Positions 1 through 13,500 of a stretch of 64,000 nucleotides of DNA are shown here, in pieces; within the stretch, counting starts at the first letter, position 1, and each line of letters opens with the position of its first letter. Position numbers and translations under genes: made by a program. A model generated the notes under the pieces. It saw only the letters and a program-made list of their open reading frames with translations. It searched no databases and was not told where the DNA came from. Where the stretch lies: positions 1 through 64,000 of the forward strand of contig NIVC01002440.1 in NCBI GenBank assembly GCA_002269645.1, read 5' to 3'. Source of the DNA: Macrostomum lignano. Taxonomy: Eukaryota.

Positions 1-747
1 GTGTCAGATGACCTCCCCACAGCTCTGCACTCTAGTTCTACAGGTAGTGTCAGGTGACCTCCCCACAGCTCTGCACTCTAGTTCTACAGGTAGTTTCAGA
101 TGATCTCCCCACAGCTCTGCACTCTAGTTCTACAGGTAGTGTCAGATGACCTCCCACAGCTCTGCACTCTAGTTCTACAGGTAGTGTCAGATGACCTCCC
201 CACAGCTCTGCACTCTAGTTCTACAGGTAGTGTCAGATGACCTCCCACAGCTCTGCACTCTAGTTCTACAGGTAGTGTCAGGTGACCTCCCCACAGCTCT
301 GCACTCTAGTTCTACAGGTAGTGTCAGGTGACCTCCCCACAGCTCTGCACTCTAGTTCTACAGGTAGTGTCAGATGACCTCCCCACAGCTCTGCACTCTA
401 GTTCTACAGGTAGTGTCAGATGACCTCCCCACAGCTCTGCACTCTAGTTCTACAGGTAGTGTCAGATGACCTCCCCACAGCTCTGCACTCTAGTTCTACA
501 GGTAGTGTCAGGTGACCTCCCCACAGCTCTGCACTCTAGTTCTACAGGTAGTGTCAGGTGACCTCCCCACAGCTCTGCACTCTAGTTCTACAGGTAGTGT
601 CAGATGACCTCCCCACAGCTCTGCACTCTAGTTCTACAGGTAGTGTCAGATGACCTGCCCACAGCTCTGCACTCTAGTTCTACAGGTAGTGTCAGATGAC
701 CTCCCCACAGCTCTGCACTCTAGTTCTACAGGTAGTGTCAGATGACC
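1..747. repeat. 46-bp minisatellite, ~16 copies, runs off window start
   Basis: Unit gtgtcagatgacctccccacagctctgcactctagttctacaggta repeated head-to-tail. Confidence 0.97.
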
Positions 748-751
748 CTAC

Positions 752-1525
752 CCTAAGCACAGAACGCTCAGACGGCACACAAACAAGCGCTTAAACGCCG
801 CAGTGCACCGTTCCCAGCACAGATCAGAGTCGCAGACTGGCTGGCAGACAAGAGAAAATGACACAGGCATTCCTCCTAAATAGTCGCAGACGCGGAATTT
901 AATAGACTGCAAAATTTGAACAACGCCAGATCGAGACGGGCGAACAAAAAAGGGGAAGGGTGCGAGTTCATTCGGGCCTCCCTAAGCCCCAGCAACCGAA
1001 CGAATGCGTCGTAGTCTGCATCTATGCAGCGCCTCCGCAAGGTCAAGAGGAACTGGAGAGGAGGGGCAGGCGGGCAGACAGACACCAGGAAGCGGGCAAG
1101 CAGAAGCTTTACATTCCTTGGAATTCAAAGCATACTGCGTTCAGTTCTCCCCTCACTGCCTCAGCCTCTGCGCCCGCATTTCGGCAGCAGGTGCCGCCGC
1201 AGCATGCCGGCCCCATCCAGTTCATTCATTCAGCCCCAACCGCCACCCCGGAGCCATGCCGAGGCTGCAATGAGCCAAAAAGATTTTCAATAACTGAAAG
1301 AAGTAGAAGTTTGAGAGCTGGCGGGGCCAGGGGTCAGAGAGGGGAGCGGGCCGAACAGGAATTTGATGGGAAGCATGGCAGTTTATGGAATCGAATCGCA
1401 TTGGGGTGGGTGGCGGACATTGCGGGTCAGGCGGTGCACAGCCCGCATGTGGGTGCACTGGTGCATGTAAGATGGGTGACGGATGGCGGCTGACTTTCAT
1501 CGGAGACTGGCGGAGATGGATGGGA

Positions 1526-1576
<51 letters not shown>

Positions 1577-4500
1577 AAGACACGGACAGACACAGACAGA
1601 CAATAAGACAGACAGACAGACACCAAAGGAAGCCAGATCACCGGCAGTGCAGCCAAGCTAGGATCAGCTGATCTGCCGCAGTTTCAGACGTTGTCATCAA
1701 AATTACCGGATGCCGTCGCCGCCTGTACAGCAGGGAGTTCGGCCGTGTCAGCAAAAGAAACTGCGGGGACAGCGGAGGCGCTGGCTGCTGAGTGGCCTGT
1801 TGCTGAGCCAGTCGCAGGCTGAGCAGCCCGCCGGGAGAGGAGCGGCTGCTGGCAAAGACATAGTCATCGTCCTCAGCGATGGGGCTGTCCATCAGTCATG
1901 CCGCCAGCTCGGTCTGAGCACTTCTCAACTCCTTTCTCACTGCACACCCGCAGCCGGCCTCCTCAAGCTTCTATCACTAATCCACCTCGGAGAGTCGGCA
2001 AAGCTTTCGATTGTTCTGCTCACGCTTTTATTGCAGAAATTCGGAAGCCAAAGCCCTGCAGACAGGCGACTGTAGCTGCAGCTACTATAGTACTTAGCTG
2101 AGCACGGGACTTTCTCCGCCTCTCTCTCTCTCCTTGCTGCACTCCCACCCTCTCTACACTGAGGGTCAGTCCACTCTCTGGTACTCCACAGTGAGGTCGG
2201 GGCAGCTCTGAGTCCGTGGCGCAGAGTAAGAAGGGGTGGCAGGGCGAGCCAAGAGGGAGCCAGAGTGGCAGAGCAGAGAAAAGTGCACGGCAGTGGAGCT
2301 GCTAACACGGCAGTGTTTATTGTTGCAGCCAGCCCGTCCCGTGCCGCCTCGCTCCCCGCTGAACTGAAGTGCGCCGAACGCACTCCTGTGCGAATCCAGG
2401 CAATAAGCCGTGTTGCTTTTGCCCCAAGATTAACTAAAAAGGAGAATACTGTCAAGAAACTTTAAAATTCCTAACCGCTGCGAACTGGCTGGCCGGGGGG
2501 GGGGGAGGGGGAGCAGACGGAGGGGCAGAGCTGCAGACAGCGCAACTCAATGAGCACAGTTGAGGCAGAGATGGGAAGGAGAATTTATGCAAATTGAGAG
2601 CTGGTCAGAAGCGCCAGACGTCAGTTGAGAAATAAGGGGATGTGGAATCGGGGCTGTGGAGAGCTCACCCCCCTCCCCTAATTTCTTTGATGACTTTTTA
2701 TCTGCCGACGGCTAATTTCCTGGCCTTCTGTCTGCCGGCGCAGCAGCAGAAATGAAAGCACAACTCGGCAGCTTCAAATTTGCTATTGAACTTTTCAAGA
2801 GAGAAATTGCTGACAAAATTGCCGCTCCAAATTTGTACAGAAGCATTTATTCCAAAAGCGCTCAGCCACTATTCTCTTTAGAAGCAAGCAAAGCGGGCTG
2901 GACTTTCAAAATGGCGGCAATTATTCAGTTCTGAGGGATTTTACCAACCCTGTCAGGGATATGGAGCGGCTGCCGAAATAGAGCCAGCTGTAGATTGAAA
3001 CAGAGCTGCTGTGCACAGGGCGACAGAGTTGTGAGAAATGCAAAGACAATTGGATGACAGTCAAGAGTAACAGAGGCCGACAGTCACACCAGATGGCAGT
3101 CATACAGAGGCTGACAGTCACAACCGTTGGCAGAGTCACAGAGGCTGGCAGTCACACAGAGGCTGGCAGTCACACAGAGGCTAGTAGTCACACAGAGGCT
3201 GGCCGAGTGACACAGAGGCTAGTAGTCACACAGAGGCTAGTAGTCACACAGAGGCTGGCAGAGTCACACAGAGGCTGGCAGTCACACAGAGGCTGGCAGA
3301 GTCACACAGAGGCTGGCAGAGTCACACAGAGGCTGGCAGAGTCACACAGAGGCTGGCAGAGTCACACAGAGGCTGGCAGTCACACAGAAGCTGGCAGTCA
3401 CACAGAGGCTGGTAGAGTCACACAGAGACTGGCAGAGTCAAACAGAGACAGGCAGAGTCGGACAGGCTGTCAGGGTCACAAATACTGTAAAATTCGCATG
3501 GAGGCTGTCAGAGTCACGTTGAGACTGTCAGTTTCTCAGTTTGAGTCACAGAAGCTTGCCGAGTCAAATTCACATCAGCTGCCAGATGTTAAAGTCAAAG
3601 AGCCACACAGTAAATATTTTTAGAGGCCACAAGTCATACATAGATTGAGTCATGCACTGTAAGAGGCTGTAAGAGTCGCAAAGATTGCATAAAAGTGCAG
3701 CCCATTACAGCCCCTAACTCTAGGCTACAGTACGGCAACTGGAGGCTCATTCATACCAGAGTGCAGCTCCTTGGCCGCGGCATTTTCAGCAGCGGCTTTC
3801 GCCGCAGAATGACGTGCGAAATTGAGCTGCCGGAGCCCGAGTGGCTGCCAGCGGCGGCAGCAGCAGCGGTGGCTATCGCTCGCCGATGACGCAACCGGGC
3901 CGGCATCGAGGCGCCGGTTACCAGGGGAGACGGAGAATGCGCCTCAGAAAAGGATGACGAGGATGAGCTGGTCAGGCAGCCACTGGTGATGGAGCGAACT
4001 CGGTGATGCTGGCGATTCGTCGGGCACGACTGAGCACTCGGTCTGAGCATTGCTGCTCAAAGCTTCGCTCAGGAGCCTTTCTTAATTTGAAAAGTGTCAG
4101 CAGAGCAGTTTGCCGAGCTCTAGGCATGAGGCATTCTCGGCGCAGACAGACGATGTGAGTCGAATTTGAGCAGCTATGCCAGTCGGCCTGTCCCAGTGTT
4201 TGCGTTCGTGCGAGCCCCAGCGACTCCCTCTGACAAAACAGCCTCCCAGTGGAGCCTCGACTGTCACGCGAACTCCGAGCCAGAAAGCGGTGGAGCAGAC
4301 AACTGACTGGGAAGATGAGCTCGCAGCAGATGGGAGCAGGGGAGAAGACACGAACAGGCAGCCGGAATGGGAGGAGCGGGCTGGGCTGTGAGATTTTCGC
4401 CCTGCTCCTTGGTGCTGCTTTGCCGGGGATTTGCTCGGCCAGACGGGAAGGCCTGTGCGGGTGGGGCGGCACTGCGGATGCGGAGAGGCAAAACCCGGCC

Positions 4501-7500
4501 GGGAGAGAAGGCGCAGGAAGGACAATTTTATCCCAGCGCCCAGCCCGTCTCCCCTGGGCTGTGCGGCCTGGGCGACTATCATTGGGCCGCGGCGCGCACG
4601 CTAAGCCCTTCAGGCTGCAGCAGCAGTAGAGGAGAAACAACCTGCAGCGATGGAGGCAACAGTTTTTGTCTCGGTTCTCTCGCCGTTTTGAGACGAAAAA
4701 AAGCTCGCGCACCCCTGCTAGCTGAGCTGAGCTCACATACAAGGCGCAGAGGCGGGAGAAACGGAAGCCGGAGGGGGGGGACACGCTCCAGAGCTCGAAC
4801 AGCAAAGCAGGCTACTCGAGGTTGCGGATTAAAAGAGCAGTTCAGGTTGGATGAAGCTGGATTAGCAGATCCAGCAGATGCAGAGATCAACCCGCCCGAT
4901 TGAAAATCTGATCAGTACCGTGGTCAATCAATAAGGCAAGCAGAGCCTTAGCCTGCAGAGATGCATACTCCTAGCATTGCCAGATCGGCTTCAAAGGTCG
5001 CGAATGACGCGTATGAGTCAGCCAAGGGTCTTTGGCTAGACTGAGCCAAGAGCTCATCAAGCCCCGCCACTGCGCTCCCCCCGTCCTCACGGAGGGACTA
5101 GCCAGGAGCAAATACACACGCGGGCGCTGAGAAGTCCAATTCCAGCCCAGCCACGCAGCCAGGCCGCTCTCAATTCCCGAATCCCACTCCGGCCGCTCAG
5201 AGAGCGCACAATCGATCCCGCTGTCCACAGGGATGAGAGAGGGTGGAGGGGAGCACTGGGGATCTCGGGATCAGAGAGGCGCGGGTGGCTAGAGGGAGAA
5301 ATTTGAGAAGGAATAGAGGGGAGATGGGAACTAGAGAAGCGGCGGACGTATGTGGGTGTGTCAGAGAAGTACACTGCTCACGGGGTGCTCAGAGGGCCAC
5401 AGTGACCGGATCCAGAAAGGAGCGACTTCCAGAGGAGAGTGCTGAGGCACGTAACGGCCAGGGCTGTCTGACACGACGACGCGCTTGCGGGCGTATGAAA
5501 TTCCGATGCAGTTCAAGGGAGAAGCCATAAAGTAACTTAACTCACGAGCCGTGAAACAGTGCACGTCAAAGCGGCCGGGCTCATCTTACGCACTAGTTTG
5601 TGCAAATAAATCAATGAAAAAGCACGCCTCAGCAAACAGCTAGCAATGGCTTCCCCGTCTTGTAACAGAAATAGTGTTCGCTAAATACGAGCATCGATTC
5701 CTAATCCACACGCGTGAATATCACGCTAGAACTACTCAAATTACCCTGCCAAATCAGCTGCTAACCTTTCAACATTTCAACATGATTAAACATTTCAGTA
5801 ATTAGGTACTGAATTATCCACCCAAAGCTACCCGGATAGGTTACCCAAAAATAAGTCGCTAGTAAGCCTAAACTTTCTAACAAATAAAGTACAACTATCA
5901 ACTCAGCTATCAAATCATGTGACTCATCAAGCAGCCTGGCACTCAAACGAATTGACGGTAGGCAACCAAAAACCGGGGCCAGCAACTACAATAGAGGCTT
6001 TGCGACAATCCGCTCAGCGCCAATTGATGCGGCTGCTAAGAGGACGGGAAGAGCTTTAAAAGAGTGAAGGAATAGGAAAATTTTAAAAGGTTTTTTCTGC
6101 CCAATTCTAATAAAAGCCATTAGTTTATAAGATCTTTTTTTCAATTTTCGGGCCGAGGCCGCAACCCGCAGAGCAGAACAGATAATTGATGAGAACGGCT
6201 GGAAATTTATTGCCCAACAACTGACGCCCATTATTCACTAACGGCTTCGCTTTGTCAATCCCAAGCCAATCGCAATCCCGAAAGAACACAGACCGAAGTT
6301 AACAGGAGGAATGGCACAAAAGTACAGCTGCACTATCGGCCGTATCGCCCGTCAGTGCCTTCAAAGAATCGGTAAGTTGCGGCCCGAAGTCTCCCAGATT
6401 GGCGATGACAGGCCAGGCCAAGAAGAGTCTGGTATCTTCATCCTCAGCGGCCAGCAGTATCAAGTACATCAGCACTGCACCGAACCGAGATCAGGGGAGC
6501 ACAGACAGTTCATCCATTATTCCTTTCTTTTATCCGCCATGGGCAGAATGATTTACAAAGTGCAATTTACAGATCGGAGGTTGGGCGCCAGCGACAAAGG
6601 CAGAGCCGAGATCGAAATATAAATAGTTTACGCAGTGGCTCCAGATCGTGAATGGCGTGACGTTCTACCTGCCTTGCCACAGGAAAAACACAGGAAAAGT
6701 GCGGATCTTCAAGTAGTCTTAGGGAGAAAAACTCCGAAGCACGAACACCAAGATCTTCACAAAGTCACGCCCTCTGCAGATGGTGGTAAGAGTACATTTC
6801 GCCTGTTTCAAGGAGCACTAGACTTCTCATTTCGACGCAACTAGTGGCACGGCTGGATACATTTTGAGCTTGTTGTGGCAACAAAAACAGAATTCTCGGC
6901 CACATGACCAGCCTAATGATAATTTACTATTAGTCAAATCGGCCCGAACAGAAAAACACAAGGCGTAGCTTTCTCCTGCTTATTGGGTGTTGTTGATTTA
7001 TGCCCCCAGGGGAGGCAGGAAAAGGCGGGGGGGATCAGTCTCCATACCGAGGCATCTGCTGGCAGCGAAGCAAAACTAATTGCAGTTGGGGATTCTGCAG
7101 ATGAAGATTATAAAATTCTGCAATTTTTCATCAACCCGAGACTCTCTCGTCTCTCAGTTCAACATCCGCAGCGTTCATTTTTTCATTTCCTCTTCTTTCA
7201 CATTGCGCGGCCGGCCAGCAGCGCTGCGATAGCGCGCCGAAAGTATAAAATTAGCAATTTCAGTCGGCCCCATTGCAGCGGCATAAAATCATGGCACTGT
7301 AGTACTAGGCATATAGGCCAGGCATAAATACTCAGCAGAATTCCGGACATAAACAGACAGACCTTAGAGAGATAAGTGCGTAGCCAGCTGGACTGGGCCA
7401 AGAAGTGCTCGGTGGGTCATCACTGCCGGGCCAGCGAGGACGCAAGACTAAGATTAATTATTGAGACACAGGAGGAACGCCGGTCTGCGGAGAGGGATGA

Positions 7501-10500
7501 ACGGGGAAGGGCAATCAGAAACTACTGATGCCGCTGCTACTATGGACAAAAGCAATTTCGGACTGGAATTTCGGACAAAAACAATGCAGCCGCCGCACAC
7601 CCGATTTAGTTCGCCAGTTGTCACCGAAGCAAATAGAAGCCGCCACAGGCAGACTGTAGTTAAAAGGCCAAGCCGTTCTCCAGTGTTTTTATACTTGCAT
7701 TACGCCATGTTCTCTACTGAGAGTAGTGTGAGAAGTGAAAATTTTCCATAAAAATGTATATCCAATTTCACAACACGAGCGGCCCACTAGCAAGGCAGAC
7801 GAATGAAATCCTCGAGCCTTCATTAACAAGTTTATCAGCTTCAACTAGGGATTTTATAGGCCGACTGCTACAGTAGCAAATATGGGTCGCGCCAACGAAA
7901 TCTGGTCGTGCAATCAGCTCAGACATTTTTAGTACAAAATTTAGCATAGGTGTTTGAACTCTGAAAATCTGAGGCGATGCCCAACTTGTCAATACAATTT
8001 TGATAGTTCACCTGGCCAAGTGCTTGCAGCAGCAACTGCATTTCCTTCTCTATTTGATCTAGCTGACGAAAAGTTGAGTAGGAATTAGGAGTTGGGACAG
8101 ACGGGATTCACGTGTAAGAGACGAGCCCAGGTGCACAGAATCCCATGCTCTGAGAGGAGCAAAGGCTGCTACAACTCTATGCCGGAACACAGCCTCTGCT
8201 CAAGCAGGCGGGGCCACGCAATGACCCGTTTGTCCGCGCTCAGAGCAGAAAGCTGGGCAAGAATTGCAGAGCAACTGCGTGGCTGCAAAGCAGGATTTGC
8301 TTGCTTATATTGAAACAGGTGCGCGTGTACCGACTATAGTTGCTAAAAACTTCCTACCTCAAAAATAGATATAGCTGCTAAATAAATACGAACAGGTGTC
8401 TGAAACTCGACAAAATAATCAACGTGAAATTGACCCAACTGAAACTACCCAACTCACAAGAAGCCCACCTATCCTACCCAACTGAAACTACCCAACTCAC
8501 AAGAATCCCACCTATCCTACCCAACTCACAAGAATCCCACCTATCCTACCCAACTCACAAGAATCCCACCTATCCTACCCAACTCACAAGAATCCCACCT
8601 ATCCTACCCAACTCACAAGAATCCCACCTATCCTACCCAACTCACAAGAATCCCACCTATCCTACTCAACTCACAAGAATCCCACCTATCCTACCCAACT
8701 CACAAGAATCCGACCTATCCTACCCACCTATCCTACCTAACTCACAAAAATCCCACTTATCGTACCCAACTCACAATAATCCGACCTATCCTACCCACCT
8801 ATCCTACCCAACTCAAAAAAATCCCACTTATCGTACCCAACTCACAAGAATCCGACCTATCCTACCCACCTATCCTACCCAACTCACAAAAATCCAACCT
8901 ATCGTACCCAACTCACAAAAATCCCACTTATCGTACCCAACTCACAAAAATCCCACTTATCGTATCCAACTCACAAAAATCCCACCTATCCTACCCAACT
9001 AAAACTATCCAATTCACAAGAATCCCACCCTCGAGTATTCTACCCGACTGAAACTACCTAATGGCTTTCGCCATTCAACCTTTTCAACCTAACAGCAAGC
9101 AAAACAAACAAAACTGCCGTTCTACTAGGAAATGATTTCAAACAGGAAGATTCTCGAATACTGCTCAAGGCGTTCCCCTGTCACAGAGCATCATTAGGAT
9201 TCAGAGGCCTCACACCCGATCAGCCGCAAAGCGGGGGCGGCGGCGAAAACAAAGACTAGCCATGGCAGGTAAAAAGAGGGTATTAATTAAGACGGCCTCC
9301 CTCGGGCGGACGCAGAAAACACAAAGGCATTTCGACAACACAAAATTAAAAGCTCGTGTCGTGTCGAACAGAAATTTCTGCCTCGCCCCTCCCTCATTGT
9401 GCCGCTCCTGACAGGCAGAAGTCGCATGGCTCTGCACGAAATTGCAGGCGGAATTGCGGGCTCGAATCGCAGGAAAGTCACGTATAAAAGCTTCCTGCCT
9501 CCCTCCTCTCTCTGCGCCGACCGAGGCGATGTCAGTCAATATGCTGCTCAATTTTTTCATCACCCAACACGGCCCAGCTGAAGCTGCAAGAGTTTCCTTT
9601 TTCTAGTCAAATTTTCTCCCAAGGCCGGACTGCTTGGACAGACGAAATGACAGGCTGATATTGTAGAATACCTGCAAGACTGGGCTGAAGGCTCATTGAG
9701 ATTGCAGAGACACTATTGAAGAGTAGTACTTAGCAACAAATTCGTTGAAATATAAGCGATTGAGACTATAACTGGGATAAAAGAGCGGCCTAGTATAGAT
9801 ACAAGAGCAAATTGATTGAGACATGAGAGACAGAAGATATAACCGATACGCATAGAAGAGCGGACTGGTAGAGCAGCATTACAGAGACACTACCAGCCGA
9901 GCCAGCCTGTAGGCAAATAAAAATCAAGTCGCAATCAGCTCCAAATGCCATATAGAAGTGGCTGTGCTGAGGCGGCAAGCAGGGCAGCAATGTCCCTCTC
10001 TGTCCCTGGAGAAACCGGACTGCTTGATTCCACATCAAACCGAGATAAAAGTGCAGCGGAATTCCGACAGCCGCGAGGCACAGAGACGCAAGTGCGCACC
10101 ATTCTACCGGCCGTCACAGCCTGCCAATGTCACACGGCTGCTTATCGGGAAATGCGCACAGGAGCAACCCGAAAATGAAGGCGCCGCTTTTGAGGGTATA
10201 AAATTCCCAACAAATTCAGGCTAAGAAGAGACTAGATTTGAAGGCTGGGGATTCCGGAAGCTTAAAGGAAGAAAACGGAGAGAAATATGGACGAGCGAAA
10301 TGGGATGCTGGCAAAAAATTTTCGATGCCATTGCCGAACCCGCTTCCGGTCTGGGTGAAAACGGGCTTGGGAGACCTGGGGGATCAAAAGTAGCTACGAT
10401 AGACCGATAGACGGAATAGATAGATGGGATATTGTAGCGAGTTAAGTCGCGGAGTTTTTGCTGCGCATTAAAATTAAGACAGTTTACCCGCTGTGAGTGA

Positions 10501-13500
10501 GGATGCAGTTATGCCGAGCCTACATCGCATACAGGGTGCACAGCGGCCTCGACATTCTCATTGTCAAGACAGTGAACTTGCAACCAGCCTCAGGCCAGTT
10601 CCTGCGCTCGAACCCAAATTTAATGCGGCCGAGCACGCGAGCGGAGAATCGAACCCATACAAGTCGGCGAGAAGTCAAACTGTTTCACTACTCAGAGTCG
10701 GGGATGGATAGGGGTGGGGCAGAGTTGCTCATTGGTAACTTAGGTAGAAAATTAGGGCTGCTGTACACTGTGAGTGCCTGTGTACGCATGTGCCTCTTCG
10801 CTGGCTGCAGGTCGACTGTCGCATTGATTTGGAGCAGCTTTAACCATCAAGCAGATCGACCATGGGATCAGATGCAAAACCGAACGCATTTTTCGAACGC
10901 TAGAGACAAGCAGTTTTAGCCAAAAGACGATAAAAAGCGACTCAAATCAGACTGAGAACCAAACTGAGACAGACAAGCTGCGAAGTCACAGCTGAGCAGA
11001 ACAGGGCCAAAGACGAAGAACGCTTTCGCGCATCATTAATTTCATCGCCAAAAATGATTGCTTAACTGAGCAGTCGGAGCCGATTAGAGCCTGAGAAATT
11101 TCATTCCCAGCCACTACTCTAAAATTGGGCATCTCTCGAGAACCCTGCTGGGCCTCGCTAGCTTCCTCATTCCATAGGGACTCAACAGGCTCCAGTGGGA
11201 CCTGCTCATCCGGCACTCAATCCCTAGCGCTCCCACAGATTCCCCAAAGCGGCTCGTTCTAATTAATTAAGCCGGTAATGCGGCAGCCCAGCGCATTAAC
11301 AGCCTGTTGTAGCCGACGACGCAGGAGCCGAGAGACTCCGGCAGAAATTCCAGCTTCATTCTGACTGAGATGACTGCGTGGAATTACATTCGCCGGTGTT
11401 GATGCGGGAATTGCTAAAGTGCATCAGAAGTGATTGGGAACCTGGAGTTTGAGCTGGGAGAGAGCAAAAAAATCAAACAGAGCAGGCTTTCACGCATATT
11501 GTTGACTAGAAATTCAACGATTACATTTTATCCTTTCTCCATGTTGACTAGATTAGCAATCCACTATATTCCGTAACCCACAACGGTCATATTGGCAGTC
11601 CGCACACAGCGGCTTCATTCGCCAATGCCCAGCCTCACCCGCCGCCGCTGCCGCAGGTCCAGAATGCTGCCAGGCGACAGGAAGCCGGACGAGAATTCGG
11701 CCGAGGCGCGGCCGGCGGCGCAGGGGGTGATGCGGATGCCGGGGATCGACAGACGGCGCTGCTGCTGCAACTGCAGCTGCGCGGCATGTCCCGACACCGA
11801 CAACAGGCCGCCGCCGCCGCTGCTGCCTCCGACTCCGCCACCGCGGCCTCCAACGCCACCGCCGCTGCCAATGCCAACGCGAAGTCGGCTAGTGGGAGAA
11901 GCCAGACTCCGTCGCTGCGGCAGCGGCTGCTGCGATCTCTGATCGGGCTCCACTGTTGAGCCACTCGATAGAAAACTGACTGCAGCGTTAGGCTCGGAGA
12001 GCGGCCACAGCTCCGGGTATCAGCAGATCAACTCTTTGGAGGCGCAGGGAAATGCCCGGCGATGCTTATCTCTCTATCTATTTTTATACAAAGTAGTTAG
12101 GGAGGTCGCAGGGGACCACGGGGGAGATGCGAGCAGCAGAGAAGGGCGGGAGGAAACGGGAAGAACTCAAGAATGGCTGCGCACCAATTCTTCAAGGCAG
12201 CCGAAGAAGTAGTAGCTACCGAAGGAGGGGGGCGGGCAGCCGGGAAGGGAGGGCAGAGCGGGAGCAGCCACAGGGGCTCGCCAAAAAATAATAAAGAGGA
12301 TTGGAGGAGCCGATAGGCCGCGGGGCGCCGTCTCCAACCGGGCCCAGCATCCCGGCTCCTTCATCCGCCGCCTCCTCCTTAAGCCTCATCATCCGTGCCC
12401 CTCCCGCATCGCTTTAACAGAAGCCAAAGGAAGACGAAGAGCAAGTAGGGAGGAAGCAGGCAGATGTCCCATTTTCTTTCTCTCTTCCCATCCTCCCTCG
12501 CCTGCCCGCTACCTTAGCAGACCTGGCATCTTCGCCTCATATTCTCCTATCCTCTTCCCTCCTCAGCCTCCGGCTCTCACCTTCCCATAGAGCCGAGGCT
12601 TCATCAGAGCGGGCGACAAAAAAACTGGGGACTCATCCCACTCAAGCTGACTAGGCCACTCAGGCCCGCTACTCCCCAGCGCCCTTCTGCGTGCGCCGGT
12701 GCCTTCCACTCTTCCAGCGCGATTCGGCACACGAGCTGGCAAGAGACAAATGAGCTACGAGCTATATGAGCACTACTCAAGCTGAGTACGGCAGCGATGC
12801 CAAGTAGAAAGTGAATCGCTTTGAAAGCAGAGGTAGACAGATTTATTATTTACCAGCCCTGGTAAGGCAGCCACTGATTGCTGAGCAGAGGCCTGGCCGT
12901 AATTCACTGCACACCTCCCCAATTCCCCCTTCAGTCCACAACGACATGCATATCCTTAGTTATTGGACCCGCTCGGCCACTCATCCCGAACAGTACAGGC
13001 GGGTGGGCATTTATTAGGCGCGCATAACACAAATCAAGGATACGAAGCTCGTAATAACAGACTATTTGGGATTCCAAATGTCGATCCCGGATTATGAGTT
13101 CATAATCTACACTTAATTCCATAGCAACTATGTCAGTCTGATTTCTATGAAAATCCCTAGCCGATAATTACGCCAAATATCGGATTCGAAGAGCCAGAAT
13201 CCCCCTTCTGAGTCCCAGATATCCGACTCAGAGTACCAGATCCTAAGTCCGCAGACATCCGAGTGTTAGAGATACTAGCTAAGATCCCAGATTTCAATTA
13301 CGGGTCCCAAGATCCCTGATTCTGATTCGGAGTCATGGATAAGATCCCTGATTCTGAGTCTCAATTTTGATTACTAATTACTGTGCCCGAGATCTTACCA
13401 GGTATCTTCAAATCAGAATCTAAAGAATCCTACTGAAGATCTGTGAAGCTAATTAACACAATTAAAACTTTCTGAACCTGGCCCAGCCTGAGAATCCCAG